Positions 35,495 to 50,419 of a stretch of 64,000 bases of DNA are shown piece after piece. The number at the start of each line of letters is the position of its first letter. The stretch's first letter is position 1. A model generated the notes under the pieces. The model did no database searches. It saw only the letters and a program-made list of their open reading frames with translations, and was not told where the DNA came from. Position numbers and translations under genes: made by a program. This stretch comes from Negaprion brevirostris (lineage: Eukaryota), in the NCBI GenBank assembly GCA_030324005.1, contig JARDVH010000140.1, forward strand, positions 6,171,160-6,235,159, read 5' to 3'.

Positions 35495-36710
35495 CATAAG
35501 ACAAAGGAGCAGAATTAGGCTGCTCTGTCCCATCAAGTCTACTCCGCCATTCAATAATGGAAATATTTTTCTCATCCCCATTCTCCTGCTTTTTCCCCAT
35601 AGTCCCCGACCCCTTTATTAATCAAGGGCCTATCTATCTTAAAGACACAATGAACTGGCCTCCACAACCTTCTGAGGCACAGATTTTTTTTTTTTTACAG
35701 ATTCACCACTCTCTAGCTGAAGAAGTTCTTCACCTGTTTTTAAAACGATCATCCCTTTAGTCTGAGTTTGTACCCTCTGGTTCTAGTTTTTTCTACTGGC
35801 GGAAACATCCTCTCCACGTTCACGCTATTGAAACTCCGCAGTATCCTGTATATTTCAATAAAATCCCCCCTCATCCTTCTAAACTCCAATGAGTTTAGAC
35901 CCAGAGTTCCTCATGTGACAAGCTCTTCATTCCAGGGTCATTCTTGTAAACCTCCTCTGGATCCATTCCAAGGCCAGCACAACCTTCCTTAGATATGGGG
36001 CCCAAAACTCCTCACAATACTCCAAATGGGGTCTGACCAGAGACTTATATAGCCTCAGAAGTACATCCCTGCTCTTGTATTCATGCCCTCTCAACATGAG
36101 TGCTAACATTGCATTTGCCTTCCTAACTGCCTGCTGAACCTGCACATTAACTTTAAGAGAATCTTGAACAATGATTCCCAAGTCCTTCTGTGCTTCTGAT
36201 TTCCTAAGTGTTTTCCCATTTAGAAAATAATCTATGCCTCCATTCCCCCTTCCAAAGTGCATAACCTCTCACTTTTTCAGTGTTCCACCTGCCACTTCTT
36301 TGCCCACTTTCCTAACCTGCCAAGTCATTTTGCAACTCCCCTGCTTCCTCAATACTTCCTGTCCCTCTACATATCTTTGTATCATCTGCAAACTTAGCAA
36401 CAGTGCCTTCAGTTCCTTCCTCCAAATCGTTCATTTATATTGTGAAAAGTTGGTCCCAGAACTGACCCGAGGCACACTAGTCACCAGCTGCCATCCTGTA
36501 AAAGACCCCTTTATCCCCACTCTCTGCCTTCTGCCAGTCAGCGAATCCTCTATCTATGCTAGGATATTATGTCAACACCATGGGCACAAGTTATTTAACA
36601 GTCTCCTATGCAGCAGCTTGTCAAAGGCCTTCTGGAAATCTAAATAAATCACGTCCACTGGTTCTCCTCTATCTATCTTCCTTGTTAGCTCCTCAACGAG
36701 TTCTAACAGA
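35495..36710 (-). mobile_element. CR1 LINE ORF2 3' 1.2 kb, in the last RPS6KB1 intron
   Basis: YLDFQKAFDK, KFADDTK-like, KDLGIIV, LLRLYKSLVRPHLEYC..FWAPYLRK...QRRFTRM. Confidence 0.93.
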
Positions 36711-38584
36711 AAGCTCAGAGAATTTTAGGATTGTGTCATTTATACATTTTGTCCCACAAAAATACACAAATTGCAAATGGAAATTGGAATTCACCCTTGA
36801 TTTATATGTTTCAACTACCCTTTATCTTTACTCACTTATCTAGTTCACAAGTTTCCTACTGTATGACTAACCCTCAAAGTGAATTCCACAAGCTAAGAAA
36901 ATTGTTCATTAGTGAATTAGTTGGGGGTTTTAATAACAACCTGTGAGCTTTGCAGTCAATTTCACTGATAGCTGTTTTTAGTTCGTTTTTTTTGTTAAAG
37001 ACTTAATTTTAGAAAACTGAATTCAAATTCTTAAATCGTTCTGGTGGGATTTTAATGCTCATTCTCTATCCAGGCCTCTGGATCATTAATCAGTAACATT
37101 ACCCATTCGATAACACTGCAACTAATGCTGAATTAGTGTAAAAGATCAGTGTATAATGCTACATCCGATCCACAATAAAGTCAATTTTTCTTTTGAAAGT
37201 ATACATTGTATAACTCAGCTACATATATTATTTCTGCCAGAATGATGATGACTGGTTAATTACTCCATCAATCACACCTGGAGATACCACTGTAAGCATC
37301 TAGGATTCATTGTCTGTATACATTTTTGTGTGACTCTTCTCCACTCACTGTAATTTGCTGGAAAAATAATCAATTCATGTTACTTAACTACCCTCCATTT
37401 ATTCCATGTTGCTACTATCAGGGACACTGATGTAGCTTCTGTCATGAATACCTTTGCTGTAGTTTCTGGCTGGATATCATGGCACCACTGGTTCACATCT
37501 GCTGTAGTATGTGATTTAAACAAATTGGTTGCTGAGTAACGAGACTTTGGTTTTTTGTGAATTTCATTATCAAGTGTTCTGCAGTAGTCCCAACCTGCCT
37601 CCAACACAATGGGGTCAATAGATACACTGTGGTTTTCCTTTTAACTTAGCCAGGAGCTGTTACGGACAATACAACACATCTCTGCTGCGTTGAATGAGAT
37701 CAGTGAACTGGGGACCAAAGCTGGGATCTTTTGTCTGCATGGCTTAGTATTATACTGAAAGTTTTATGGTCCATATGTTGGACTTCCTCAATCTGAAATA
37801 GTTGCCTCATAAATCCGTTTTCGATTCTGGGAAATAACATTACTTTCATATTTACGTCCATAGAAAAAAAGGGCTTGTTGAGAATTTGCTGGACAGTTTA
37901 AGCCAGCGCCAGAATACAAGTGAAGAGTTGCTTATGATATATTCAGTCGGGGCAGCCGTTGCAAAATGAATAACTACAGTTTGCTGGCCAACATCTTTCA
38001 TTCGCAACACTTCTACAATGAAGATAAAAATTACATTTCCACAGGAATTATACCACGAAGTACTTTATATTGATTTACTTCTGCCACAATATAAATCATT
38101 CAAATTAATTTTGTCCTGTGTGTTAGGAGGTAGAGTGGGCCCCTGCTAACGATGTAATATGAAATATCTCCAACTCAGGAAGCAATCATTTATTGTTAAT
38201 GTCAGCCTTGCTTGTAAAAGCTTGATCACTCAGTAATGTGTTAGAGTAATCTTTACATGACACCACTCCCTTTGTTGAAAAGACCATGAGTCAGGGGTAG
38301 GGCTAAAACATCAAATCATCACTTGCACCAGATAATTTTTAAATGATTTACAGAAGAACCAGAGGTGGCATGAGGATTTTTTTTTTAAAAACAGGTGGTT
38401 AGAATTTGGATACACAGCCAAAACAGATTCAAAAGGGAATTGGATAAATATTCAAGGATGAAAATTAACTGCAGAATGGGGAAGAACTGGCATAGACTCA
38501 GTGGGCTGAATGTGCTATGATTCTCTCTGATCCCAGTTAACAAGAGAGTCTACAACAACAGCTAGCCAATCTAAAACATTATCG

Positions 38585-38718
38585 TTTGATTATCTTTCTC
38601 TCCACCCTAGCTACGACTGTAACACTATATTCTGCACTCTCTCGTTTCCTTCTTTATGAACAGTATGCTTTGTATAGTGCACAAGAAACAATACATGTGA
38701 CAATAAATCAAATCAAAT
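38585..38718 (+). mobile_element. Rex1/Babar-type LINE 3' tail
   Basis: Ends ATACATGTGACAATAAATCAAATCAAAT; matches the 12.1 kb copy. Confidence 0.65.
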
Positions 38719-39776
38719 GATTACTGAGCATATTAGCCACAGAATTCTTTCCAAATTCTATAATCACTTCTGATCCATCTTTGTTTCTACATATAATTTG
38801 CATCTAACGTTCTTTTGAAAAATCAAGCTTACCTAACACTTTCACCAAATGAAAGTTGTCTGGGCTAAAGATTTTAAATTATGAGGTCAGGTTGCATAGA
38901 CTAGGTTCACGTTGCCTTGTGAATAGAAGGTTAAAAGGTGATCAAATTAAGATGTTGAAGCTGACTAAAGGATTTGATCAGGTAAATAGGAGAGAAACTA
39001 TCCTCCCCTGTGATAATCCCGAATAAGAGGCTCAAATCTTCACACAAAGGGCTATGGGAATCTGGAACTTTCACCCCCTCAGAAAGCCTTTATGATCTGG
39101 AGATATATTGGAAATGTCAGAATGTAAATTGATAGTTTTAGGTAAAGAGGGGGATCATAATGGCAAAATAGGATTGAGGCTGAATGGTCTCTGGCTCTCC
39201 CAGTTTTGCCTATAATTCCAGTTCCACATCAAGCAGATCAAATACCTATATCAATTAAGGGCAGCTCAGGATAGGTGACAAATGCTGGCTTTCCCAGCTG
39301 TGCATTCCAAGAATAAAATAAAACTACATCTCATCAGGAGTAGGGAATTCACCAACTTCAACAGAACCAATGAAACTCCAATCATCAAAACAAGTTCACA
39401 CCCAAAATGCTAGAAATACAAAGCAAGTGAGCTTGTATCTGAATTAGAACAATAGCTTAGATCTTCAGCCTAACGTGTGTGAAAGATAAATATTGAGTGT
39501 GTGGCTGGTCAAAGGGTTTGTTTCTCTCAGCATTCTAGGGAGGGGTTTACCCAAAACATACTTTCCTGTTGATCAACATGCATATTGCCAGTGTTTTGAC
39601 TTTTGTCCCTGACTTCCAGTCTTTTCTGTGTAACATTATCTCAGTTTAAGAGATAATGTTATCATCATTAATGATTTATGTCATTATCTGAGTGAAGCAT
39701 ATTATTAATACAAGAGATTGGTGTTATCAGTGAATAGTGTACTGGTGATACTGAACATACTGAGGAACACAATTAC

Positions 39777-39889
39777 CTGACTGGAGTCCTAGGGCTGCCA
39801 ATAAATCTGCGAGGTGAACGGATTTTTGGCTCAAATGAGAATTTTTCTTTAACGCTTTCCAGTACTGATGGAGCCACGTAAGTGAATCC
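39777..39889 (-). CDS. RPS6KB1: RPS6KB1 exon (~14): GFTYVAPSVLESVKEKFSFEPKIRSPRRFIGSPRTPV
   Basis: tttcAG / GTAATT, 113 nt; hydrophobic motif (FL|GFTY, mTORC1 site T389) and autoinhibitory SP/TP sites. Confidence 0.97.
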
Positions 39890-40511
39890 CTGAAAATGGA
39901 ATAAAGTGGTGATTTATTTTTATTCTCTCATGAAGATGCAATTCCATGTGATAAGCTGGGCAGCAATCACAAGGGCACTCAATCTTGTTCTTACCCAACT
40001 ATCCCTCACCTGCACTAGCCACATGATGTATTGAGATAGAAACAAGAATCCTGGTTCATCTTTTGCCTAATTAGTCTCATGCCTCACAACTCATTTCTCT
40101 GCTGTGATGCATTTCCAAGGAAAATATCTTATTGCAGTAATTTGCTGTAAACTTGTCAGGCTCTACATATCTTTTGGTGATGTTGATTGAGGGATAAATA
40201 CTGACCAGTTGCTTTAACCCCTAACCTTCAGATTCAGAGATGAGCATGCAAAGCCAAGACTGACTATCCATATAGTATACCATTTACATCTTTCACAACT
40301 CTGACTCTGAATTTTTTCAATTAAACTGGAACATCCTAAAATCAATGGGAATGTTGAAAGATCCTCTCGTGTATCTGATTAAAAACATCTATGAGAAGTA
40401 AGACTTGTGCTGGGGAACCAGAGGACACAATATTAGTGAAAAATAAACTTAAAATAGCATGGCGTAGTGGTGCTGTCACTGATCCAGAGGTAAATAAGCT
40501 TAAAATAGACT

Positions 40512-40812
40512 GGGGTGGCATGGTGGAAGTGGTTAGCACTGCTACCTCACAGCGTCAGTGACCCAGGTTTGATTCCCAACTCGGGTCAGTCTGTTTGGAC
40601 TTTGCACGTTCTCCGTGTCTAGGTTTCCTCCGGGTGCTCTGGTCTCCTCCCACAGTCAAAAAGACATGCCAGTTAGGCGTAATGGCAATGCAAAATTCTC
40701 CCTCAGCATAACTCAGCAAACAGGTGCTAGAGTGTGGCAACTAGGGGATTTTCACAATAATTGCATTGCAGTGTTAATGCATGCCTACTTATGACTAATA
40801 AATAAACTTAAC
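40512..40812 (+). mobile_element. V-SINE-like element, Rex1-type tail
   Basis: tRNA head, V-core, tail GGGGATTTTCACAATAA...GACTAATAAATAAACTT. Confidence 0.88.
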
Positions 40813-41489
40813 TTAATAGAAGCAAAATAGCATGGATGCTGGAATCAAAAACAAAGGGAAAAAAACCCAGAAAAATCCAGAGATCCAGGGTAATGCTCTG
40901 GGTTCCAGCTTCAAATCCTGTCACTGAAGATGGTGAAATTTGAATTCACTGAAGATCTGGAATTGAAAGTCCATGAAACCATTGTTAATTGTTGTAAAAA
41001 CTCATCTGGTTCACTAATGTCCTTCCATCCTTATCTGGTCTGGAGCACGTGACTCCAGACCCACAGCAATGAGGTTGACTTGTAACTGCCTCTGAGGGCA
41101 ATTAAGGATGGACAATAAATGCTGGTTCAACAAGTAATGCTCATGTCCAAGGAACTAATTTAAAAAAAACATTCTTTCCATTCAACTAACAGTAAGCTTG
41201 AATATATGCATCTTTGTCACACTGCAGCCAACCAATCATTTCTGGGATGGGGGTAACGGCATACACAACTTGATTTGAAGTCCTGCCAGGCTCATGGGGC
41301 AGAAGTTCTGGTTGCAATGGTTCTGTTAAGCGAATTTGAACAGTCTTAAACTAGCTCCTAGGTGGCATAGTAGACTTACAGAACAAAACTGTTCCCTATT
41401 TAGCACTAACTCGTATGAATGGTAAAATTGTCATATCGTCAGATGCTCAAGGTCAATGCTGAAACACATTAATAGAACCAAGGCTGGAG

Positions 41490-41798
41490 TCATAGAATCC
41501 CTGTAGTACAGAAGGAGGCTATTTGGCCCATTAAGTATATACTGATGACAATCCTACCCAGACCCTATTCCTGTAACCCCATGCACTTACCCTGCTAATC
41601 CCCCTGAAACTAGGGTCAATATAGCACGACCAAACTAATCCGCACATCTTTTGGAGTGTGGGAGGAACCTGGAGCACCCAGAGAAAATTCACCGACATGG
41701 GGACAATGTGCAGAGTCTACAAAAACAGTGACCCAAGCCGGGAGTTGAACCCGGAACTCTGGTGCTGCGAGGCAGCAGTGCTAGCCACTGTGCTGCCC
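41490..41798 (-). mobile_element. HE1/V-SINE-like element, CR1-type tail
   Basis: Same structure as 23350-23662. Confidence 0.88.
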
Positions 41799-42034
41799 AT
41801 GTGTTTGACATGATTTCCTTCTGCTGTACCTACTCGTGATGCTGACAGGATATTACATTTAGGTACAGCGCAGAAATGGACCATCTGGTCTATGCCTGCA
41901 CTTACACACCATTTCAGGACACCCTTTCATTTCTTTGTCCCTCACATGCTTATCTGCTTTCCCTTAAATGAATCTGTCCTCTTCCCCAAATACTCGTGTG
42001 CCATTTTGTGTTCCATTCTCCAATGTCAACATCA

Positions 42035-42217
<183 letters not shown>

Positions 42218-42756
42218 CTAGAGAAAAAAAGGAAACACGATTAATCCAGAATTGGGTGACTAATCCTTTGGATCTTCTCACCCTTTGTCTCCCATTCATG
42301 TTTTTTTGGACATTCAGCACAATTCTGAACAAAAATGTCTTTTGTTTACTTAGAGCTTGGGTTAACACGAGGCAGAACAATTACCTTGGTGTAAATAATT
42401 CAGCACATTTCAAACATTAGTTTGGGATCTGCAAAAAAAAAAGTTAACTCCTTTTTACATGCAAGTTTCTTTTACCAGAACTTTTGCCATCTACTGATGT
42501 TGCTTTCAGGAGCAAAGCATGACACAAATGAAATGAAATATGCCCATCTTATACTGGTGTAACAAGATAGAGCAAAACAACCTTGGTCAACACTAATTCT
42601 GCCACACTTCTCCATTTTTTCCTATCAGCTGACGAAAATCCTAATCAAGCAAAGCACTTTATTCTCTTTCCTTCCAAACTTTACCAAGGCTGCAGATGGA
42701 CGGGGACACCACCACTACGTGCAAGCTCCCTTCCAAACCACATACCAACCTGACCG

Positions 42757-43057
42757 TTTAAAGTTTATTTATTAGTGTCACAAGTAGGCTTACATTAACA
42801 GTGCTATGAAGTTACTGTAAAAATCTGGTGGCCACATTCCGGCACCTGTTCAGTTACTCCGAGGGAGAATTTAGCACGGCCAATGCACCTAACCCGCACG
42901 TCTTTCGGACCACGGAAGAAAACCAAAGCACCTGGAGGAAACCCACACAGACGGGGAGAATGTGCAGACTCCACACAGACAGTGACCCAAGCTGGGAATG
43001 GATCCCAGTCCCTGGCGCTATGAGGGAGCAGTGCTGACCACCGTGCCACCATGCCAC
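42757..43057 (-). mobile_element. V-SINE-like element, Rex1-type tail, inserted in an older LINE 3' end (42690-43250)
   Basis: Full head, core and tail; the host sequence continues on both sides. Confidence 0.88.
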
Positions 43058-44149
43058 CTGGAACTATAATCGCCATTCCTTCACTGTCTCTGGGTCAAAA
43101 TTCTAGAACTCTCTTCCTAACAGCACTCGGTGTACCTACATCAGGGACTGCAGCAATTCAAGGTGGCTCACCACCCATCCTCTCAAGGGCAATTCAAGAT
43201 TGACAATAAATGCTGGCCTAGCCATTGACAGGCATGTCCAATAAAAAGAAAAATCATTAGTCTGTAGATGGCTGATTGCAGCCAGAACAGTAGTTAAATG
43301 ACTCCAGAAATCCAAATATACTCTATAAAATCACTCAAACCTATATTTACTTCTATCTACTGATCTGTGTGTTATTTAGTATTTAAAACAAGAACAAAAA
43401 TTAGGCACCACGCAGTTGTGGCTGAGTGATCACAGCAGAGGGTTAGAGTCTATTCAAGCTTCTGTGCACAAGTTCATGGTCCCTCAGATACAATTCTAAG
43501 TAAATAATTTAGGCAGCACTTCCATAGTTTCCATCTTAAACACATCCTTAAGTGTTCGGTCTAACATTTAAGAGTTTTATTTTGTTTGTTCGCGAGATAT
43601 GGTCAATATTGACATGGCTCCAGGCATTGCCCATCCCTAACTTCAAGTGACTGTGATTTGCTAGCCAGCTCAGATAACATTAAAAGTGACCCTTGCTGTG
43701 CAAACTAGTCGAGTCTTTGCCAGATCAGGTAAACAAATTAGATTTTTACAATAGTTTGGCAAACTTTCATGTTCCATTATCAAATTTATCAGATTTACTG
43801 AATCCTATTGCATAACCTGCCATTGTGGAATTTGAACTCTAAACTTCTGGTTGCTATGCCAGTCCCATAACTATTACACAACCATACTCAAGTGTTTAAA
43901 ATGGACACGTGTTGTGTATAGCAGTTAATTATTTAAACAGCTCTTTGAACCTGTTCCTTTGGTTTGGAAACAAAGCTGTAAACAATTTGAATCCTATCTT
44001 CAATGTCAGACCATGGGCCCTTCAGAACAATAAAAGAAGCCCTACAAATTATTCAGGTGTATTTAAGTGCCAGTTCATTCTTGGTGGCAGAACTGTCTGG
44101 ACTGATGCCAGTGAGGTACTATTTTTCAGATTACTTAGCTTATTTATTT

Positions 44150-44430
44150 TATTTATTATTTATTTGTCACAAGTAAGGTTTACATTAACACTGCAATTAA
44201 GTTTTTGTGAAATTCCTCTAGTTACCACAGTTCAGCACCTGTTTGGGTCAATGCACCTTATCAGCATGTCTTTTAGAATGTGGGAGGAAACTGCAGCACC
44301 AGAAGGAAACCCATGCAGACATGGGGAAAACGTGCAAACTTCACACAGGCAGTGACCCAAGTCGGGAATCGAACCTGAGTCCCTGGCACTGTGAAGCAGC
44401 AGTGCTGACCACTGTGCCATCATACTGCCC
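44150..44430 (-). mobile_element. V-SINE-like element, Rex1-type tail
   Basis: Same structure as 42757-43057. Confidence 0.85.
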
Positions 44431-44439
44431 ACAGCTCCA

Positions 44440-44995
44440 TCAGGTGAAAGATTCCATGGCACCACTTCAAAGAGCAGCAATGCTTTTGGTGCCCTGTGCA
44501 ACATTTATCCCTTAACCATATTCATTAAAACAGGTTCTCCGATCATTAGCTCATCACTTGGTGGAATTACGCAGTGTGAAAATTGGCTGTGTTTCCCACA
44601 TCATCACAGTGACTATATTTCAAAAATACGTCAATCGCAAGGGCTTTAGGACACCCCAAGGTCACAAAACATGCCATCATAAGTACAAGTCTTTTTTCTC
44701 TAGGGAGTGCTACACAGTTCTATTTTTTGGATGAGATTTTTGACTGAAATCTTGGCTGCCTGCTCTGGTGGACAAGAAAAAAATCTCCAAACTCCAAAGA
44801 ACAGGGCTGTTTTCTCATTGTCCGGGCCAATATTTATTGTTCAACCAGCTAGACAGATCGTTTGGTCATTTATTACAATGTTGTTTGCGAGTGTATTTTT
44901 TCTTTCCTGCTACATTTCCCCTAATTTACAACAGTGACTACATTTCAAAGGTAGTTCATTGGCTCTGAAATGCGAGGGACATGTTGAGCTCATGA
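44440..44995 (+). mobile_element. Two tandem ancient Deu-domain-like SINE remnants (others at ~13010-13215 and 47590-47745)
   Basis: GATTCCATGGCAC...AACATTTATCCCT.AACC...AATTGGCTG...ACAGTGACTA.ATTTCAAA motifs characteristic of DeuSINEs (AmnSINE1/SacSINE1 group). Confidence 0.6.
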
Positions 44996-45519
44996 ATTAA
45001 CAATGGACACATGGGAACATCACCATCTGCAAGTACCCTTCCAAGTCACACACCATCTGGACTTGGAAATATATCGCCATTCCTTCATCGTCACTGCATC
45101 AAAATCCTGAAACTTCCTTTCTAATAGCACTGTGGGCGTACCTACTCCACATTGTTGTAGCAAGCAGTTCAAGAAAGCAGCTCACCATCACTTTCTTGAG
45201 GGAAATTAGGAATGGACAGTAAATGCTGACCTAGCCACAAACGTCCACATCCCATGAAATTAACAAAAAACAAATGACCATACAGCTGTAAATTGTTTAA
45301 TATTCCACCAAGAATCACCATCATGAAAACAAGCTTTATGTCAAGTAATGATTTTTAATCCACTGATTGGAAATCCAAGCTGAATTTTTAAGTAATTAAG
45401 TGCGACTTGAGCTCATGGAGGAAGATGATACCCAGTTTGCATCACTGTCCCATTCACACCCCAATTCACAGGAATGGAGCCATTATGTCTGCAAAGAAAA
45501 TCAAGGATAATGACCTTAA

Positions 45520-46040
45520 GGACATAGAACATTACAGCGCAATACAGGCTCTTCAGCCCTCAATGTTGCGCCGACCAGTGGAACCAATCTAATGACCCCC
45601 TAACCTGAGCTATTCCAATATTATCCATATGCCCTTAAAGTTGGCGAATCCACAACTGCCGCAGGCAGGGCATTCCATGCCCTTACTACNNNNNNNNNNN
45701 NNNNNNNNNNNNNNNNNNNNNNNNNNNNNNNNNNNNNNNNNNNNNNNNNNNNNNNNNNNNNNNNNNNNNNNNNNNNNNNNNNNNNNNNNNNNNNNNNNNN
45801 NNNNNNNNNNNNNNNNNNNNNNNNNNNNNNNNNNNNNNNNNNNNNNNNNNNNNNNNNNNNNNNNNNNNNNCTCAAGTCCTTCAGCCTTTCCTCATAAGAC
45901 CTTCCCACTATATCAGGCAACACCCTAGTAAACCTCCTCTGCACCCGTTCCAATGCTTCTACATCTTTCTCATAATGCGGCGACCAGAACTGTACACAAT
46001 ACTCCAACTGCGGCTGCACTAGAGTTTTGTACAGCGGCAA
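45520..46040 (-). mobile_element. CR1 LINE 3' fragment
   Basis: LYKTLVQPQLEYCVQFWSPHYEKDVEALERVQRRFTRVLP; VVRAWNALP. Confidence 0.9.
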
Positions 46041-46070
46041 TATGAATGAGTGAATGAGTAAAAGAATGAG

Positions 46071-46937
46071 TGTGCCACATATCCTGCCCCACATTAGCAG
46101 GCATAAAGGCAATCACCTGGGAATTCAACAGTAGGTTCCCAGACATGAACTTGTCTAGCTAAAATGGGAATATGCTTTAAATATAAGCACTGAAAAAAGA
46201 CATGAACTAAGTTACAAAGAGAAATACATTAGTAACTACCATTATTGAATCACTCAGTGACAGTCATGTGAGAGGCTCACCTTTTGTGTGTTTAAGCTAC
46301 AGCTTTCGCTGCAGAAAGAGAACAAACAGCCAAGGCACTGATGAGAAAACACCTGGTGGGGACCCCCTTGCCTCCCTCTCTCTCACCATCCCCCCTGATA
46401 AGCTGTTGAGCCGTACTTGCTGACCTTGACCATCCAGGGACACCCTGCTGCAGACAGAAACCATAAAGGAAATCCATCCTACAACGCTCTCGCTAAGAGC
46501 CAGCTACTCAGCTAGCTAAATGCTTAAATTGCATCAAGGGAAAACAACAGACCACTGAAATCAACCTGAGCCAACCAAGTCAGCAAACCCCAAGAGCCGA
46601 ATAACCATTTTTATTTTTCTAGATTCTAATTCAATTAATTGATCCTTTTCCATTCTGTAATCTATTTGTAGGAGCGCGTGGGAGTCCAAGTATAATAAAG
46701 CTAACCTCTGAATCGGGTGGGGGGTTAGTGAGAACAAGTGTGTCCATTTGAGAGAGTGCATGCATGTCCAAGTATAATAAGGCTAACCTCTGATAAAACA
46801 CAAGAAAGCCTGTCTGATTACCATGCAATTAAATACTGAATTCAGATATTCTTTTTAAAACAAAAAAAACTGTTGCAGTCAAACAACAAGAGCTAAAAGA
46901 GGGGAATCATTTGACTCGTCCATACCCAATCATAACA
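46071..46937 (+). mobile_element. Possible solo LTR-like element
   Basis: Starts TG, ends CATAACA, internal duplicated GTCCAAGTATAATAA.GCTAACCTCTGA; non-coding. Confidence 0.35.
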
Positions 46938-47318
46938 GCACAATTTAATTTTTAGCAAGTCATTCCCCTCTTGGTCAAAAAATAGATTATATTTGTTAAA
47001 ATCCTCCAAGAAACCCAGAGGTAGCTTAATCTGTACAGAGCTGGAAGATCCCATGTTCTATGCAATGTCTATGCTGACGTGGTTGATCTCAGCCAGAGCA
47101 ACATAGATATTATAATTAGCCCCATTAACCTGACTTTGGAAGTGGAAAATGGAGGATCCTCTGCTCCCAACACTCTACAGCAATCTTTGAAGTAAGCACA
47201 TGTGAATATGATCAGGCTCAACTGCATTGCCCTGCAATGGCCAAATGATTAGCTGACATTCACTAAGTAGGCTCACACAAGAAAAATGACGTGCAAACCA
47301 GCAGGGAGTTGTTGTTCA

Positions 47319-47486
<168 letters not shown>

Positions 47487-48486
47487 TTAAGTGAATTAAT
47501 AAACAAAATTTCAAATTAAAAACATCACATTAGTACCTATAACAGTCTGCATTCAAAGATAGAATTCCATATATAGATAATATCTGAATTAGTTGTTGGT
47601 CCCATCTGCTGTTTGCGGGAACCCGCTTAGCACGAAGAGACTTTTATTTGTCTACCCAACAGTGGAAAACTCTTAAAAGTAATTAGTTGGCTGTGAAATA
47701 CCTTGGGGCATCCTAAGAACGTGATATGATGCTTACATAAATTCACATTGCTACGTTTTTGTTGGGGACCAGTAAGTTTATTTTTAAAAAGAATCCTAAA
47801 ACCAGGTATTTATTAAAAGAATGAAGTTCATGGTTTAAAAATCAACAGAATTATACAAAACAAAAATCAAAAGGACATGAATAACTACATTATCTTAAAT
47901 TGTCAGTTATGTTAAAGATATTAAAAGTACAGTGAACAAAGTTACTCATTTTCTAAACTGATTTAACGTCAATTTCCTTCAACAATCACTTGGCCTAAAT
48001 CTCCAGAACTCAAGTCAGACTTTTCTGAGACTGCTTAGAGAACTCATATAAAGGTTGAGATTTCATGGGCCTTCCATTTATTTCCAGCAAGGTTTTCCCT
48101 TCAAATTTTCTACAACCGTTCCACAGTTGTAGAATCCCCATTCAACAAAGGCATCAGTAGCACCTTAAACCTCAGATCAGAACTCTGTGGGGTTGAATAT
48201 TCTTTAACCCTGCAGTCTTGCATTGAAAACTCTCTTCCACTTCTCAGCTTGATTATCCTTAGAAGTTCAACTTACTGTTAGGAGTCCTTCAGTCATCAAG
48301 AGGTTTATACTCTTTTAGCCAGCACACGGAATTTCAAATCAACATTGCCAGGGAGGGATGGCCCCTGCTCTGCAGTCAGATTGCTCTAAAATAAAACTGC
48401 TGCAACAGAACCATACCTAAAAATCCCTACAATTAACTCTTCTGGTGATTTTTTTTTCCCCTACTGCTTTATCTCCCAAGTAAGCT

Positions 48487-48652
48487 CATAGAATCGCACA
48501 GTGCAGAAGGATGGCATTTGGCCCATCGAGTCTGTACCGACAACAATCTCACCCTATCCTCACAAATGCACATATTTACCCTGCTAATCCCCCTGACACT
48601 AACGGCCAATTTAATATAGCCATTCCACCTAACATGCACATTTTTGGACTGT
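48487..48652 (-). mobile_element. HE1/V-SINE-like 3' half
   Basis: CR1-type tail CATAGAATC...GGCCCATCGAGTCTG on +. Confidence 0.8.
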
Positions 48653-50012
48653 TTGTATATTATCAGATATCTTTCAGAGAAACCTAGTTCTTAAAAGTAC
48701 TATCACCACCGACATAAAACATAGGTAGTACCATACCAATCTCAGTTGTATCATCATGCAGCAGAGAACAAGCAACTCACACAAAAAAAATTAATGGATG
48801 TTCAGCTTGGGACACAGCCTTTACTCATTAACAACCAATTACAAAAATATCATGCAAGAGATTTAACTTCTAACTTTTTGACAGCTGTATATTGCCTGGT
48901 TAGCCCAAAAAGTAGGGGGAAAGGAGCGCACATTTTATTCCTAGACTGAGTGGGGACACATACTACAACAAACACCAAAAGCCTTAAGCTACAGGGGAGG
49001 GAAGAGAGAAAAATTAACATGGCTTTTCACACCAGGCAGCCAACAACTGGAAAAATTGGTTTCCTCCCCAAGCTCCTTCCCTGTCAGATCCAATGTACCC
49101 CCCCATCCCAAAAACAACCACCACCTCAAAACAACTATCCATTAGTCCTCTCGCCAACACGATTCAACAACTCACTTATTTATCCACCTCCCTTTTACAA
49201 GCTGTTATGGATTCTGCTGCCACCATTACATGCAATGGAGTGTTATAAAGTTTACGTACAAATATTCGCACATCCTGTCATTATCAAACCTCTGCACACA
49301 GTATACCAACCTTGCTCAAGAGACCATTCTTCAGATATGAACTAGTGAATATTGTAGGCTGATTGTTCACAGGTGCAGCACAGCCCAGCATGATCCTTTC
49401 CTTCCCCTCAAGCATCTCTCAATTTCTACCACGTGACTAGACAGCAATCACAAGTGGGATATGGATTTAAGTTTTGTTCTGCCCAGCTGACAACAACCGT
49501 ATCACCCGTTACATAACATCTAACATTTCACAGACAATGGTTTGTAATTGGGACACTTTCTTCTGATGAATTAATTATACTAAGCAACACAGGAGGAGCT
49601 TTCAAATAATTATTCTTGAAGATTAAAAGGAAAATTTTAAAAAATAATTAACAAAGAGCCCTCTTCTTTCTTCCACACTTCATTTTTTGATGCATGCTGA
49701 AATATTTGTTTAAACATTTAATCCTTTTTAGAGGAATTAGCTGTAAACAGGCACTACGCCAGAAAATAGTAGAGAAATTGAATTAACAACAGGGTAAAAT
49801 TGATGAGAGTATAAAGTGGTGGTCCTTGCGCCAATCATATTCAAAGGAGTAATTTTAACTCAACCCTGACGTTTCCACGATCTTATTTTGGATGTGTTAA
49901 AGATGGCACTTCTGCAATTAATTTATCTAACTGATGAAGCTCACCAATTATTTTAAATCAGTTCAGTCAACCCATATTTGGAGAACTAAAGGAAGTAAGG
50001 ATACAAGGGTTC

Positions 50013-50317
50013 TTTAAAGTTTATTCATCAGTGTCACAAGTAGGCTTACATTAACACTGCAATGAGGTTACTGTGAAAATCCCCTGGTCACCCACACTCC
50101 AGTGCCCGTTTGGATACACAGAGGGAGAATTTAGCACAGCAATGCACCTAACCAGCAGGTCTTTCACACTGTGGGAAGAAACTGAAGCACCCGGAGGAAA
50201 CTCTCACAGACATGGGTAGAACATACACACTCTGCACAGTGACCCAAGTCAGGAATCAAACCCTGGCACTGGGTCCCTGGCACTGAGAGGCAGCAGTGCT
50301 AACCACTGTCACCACCC
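50013..50317 (-). mobile_element. V-SINE-like element, Rex1-type tail, ~40 nt downstream of the RPS6KB1 exon 11 donor
   Basis: Full head, core and tail. Confidence 0.88.
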
Positions 50318-50356
50318 CCTCCATTCAGAATTTTAGTGTCTCTGCTGAAAACATAC

Positions 50357-50419
50357 CTGGACATCTGCTGCATCCCCAACTCCAGCCCCAAGGCGTGACG
50401 AAGCATTCCTTTTTAGAAG
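50357..50419 (-). CDS. RPS6KB1: RPS6KB1 exon (~11): LLKRNASSRLGAGVGDAADVQ
   Basis: ttttAG / GTATGT, 63 nt. Confidence 0.96.
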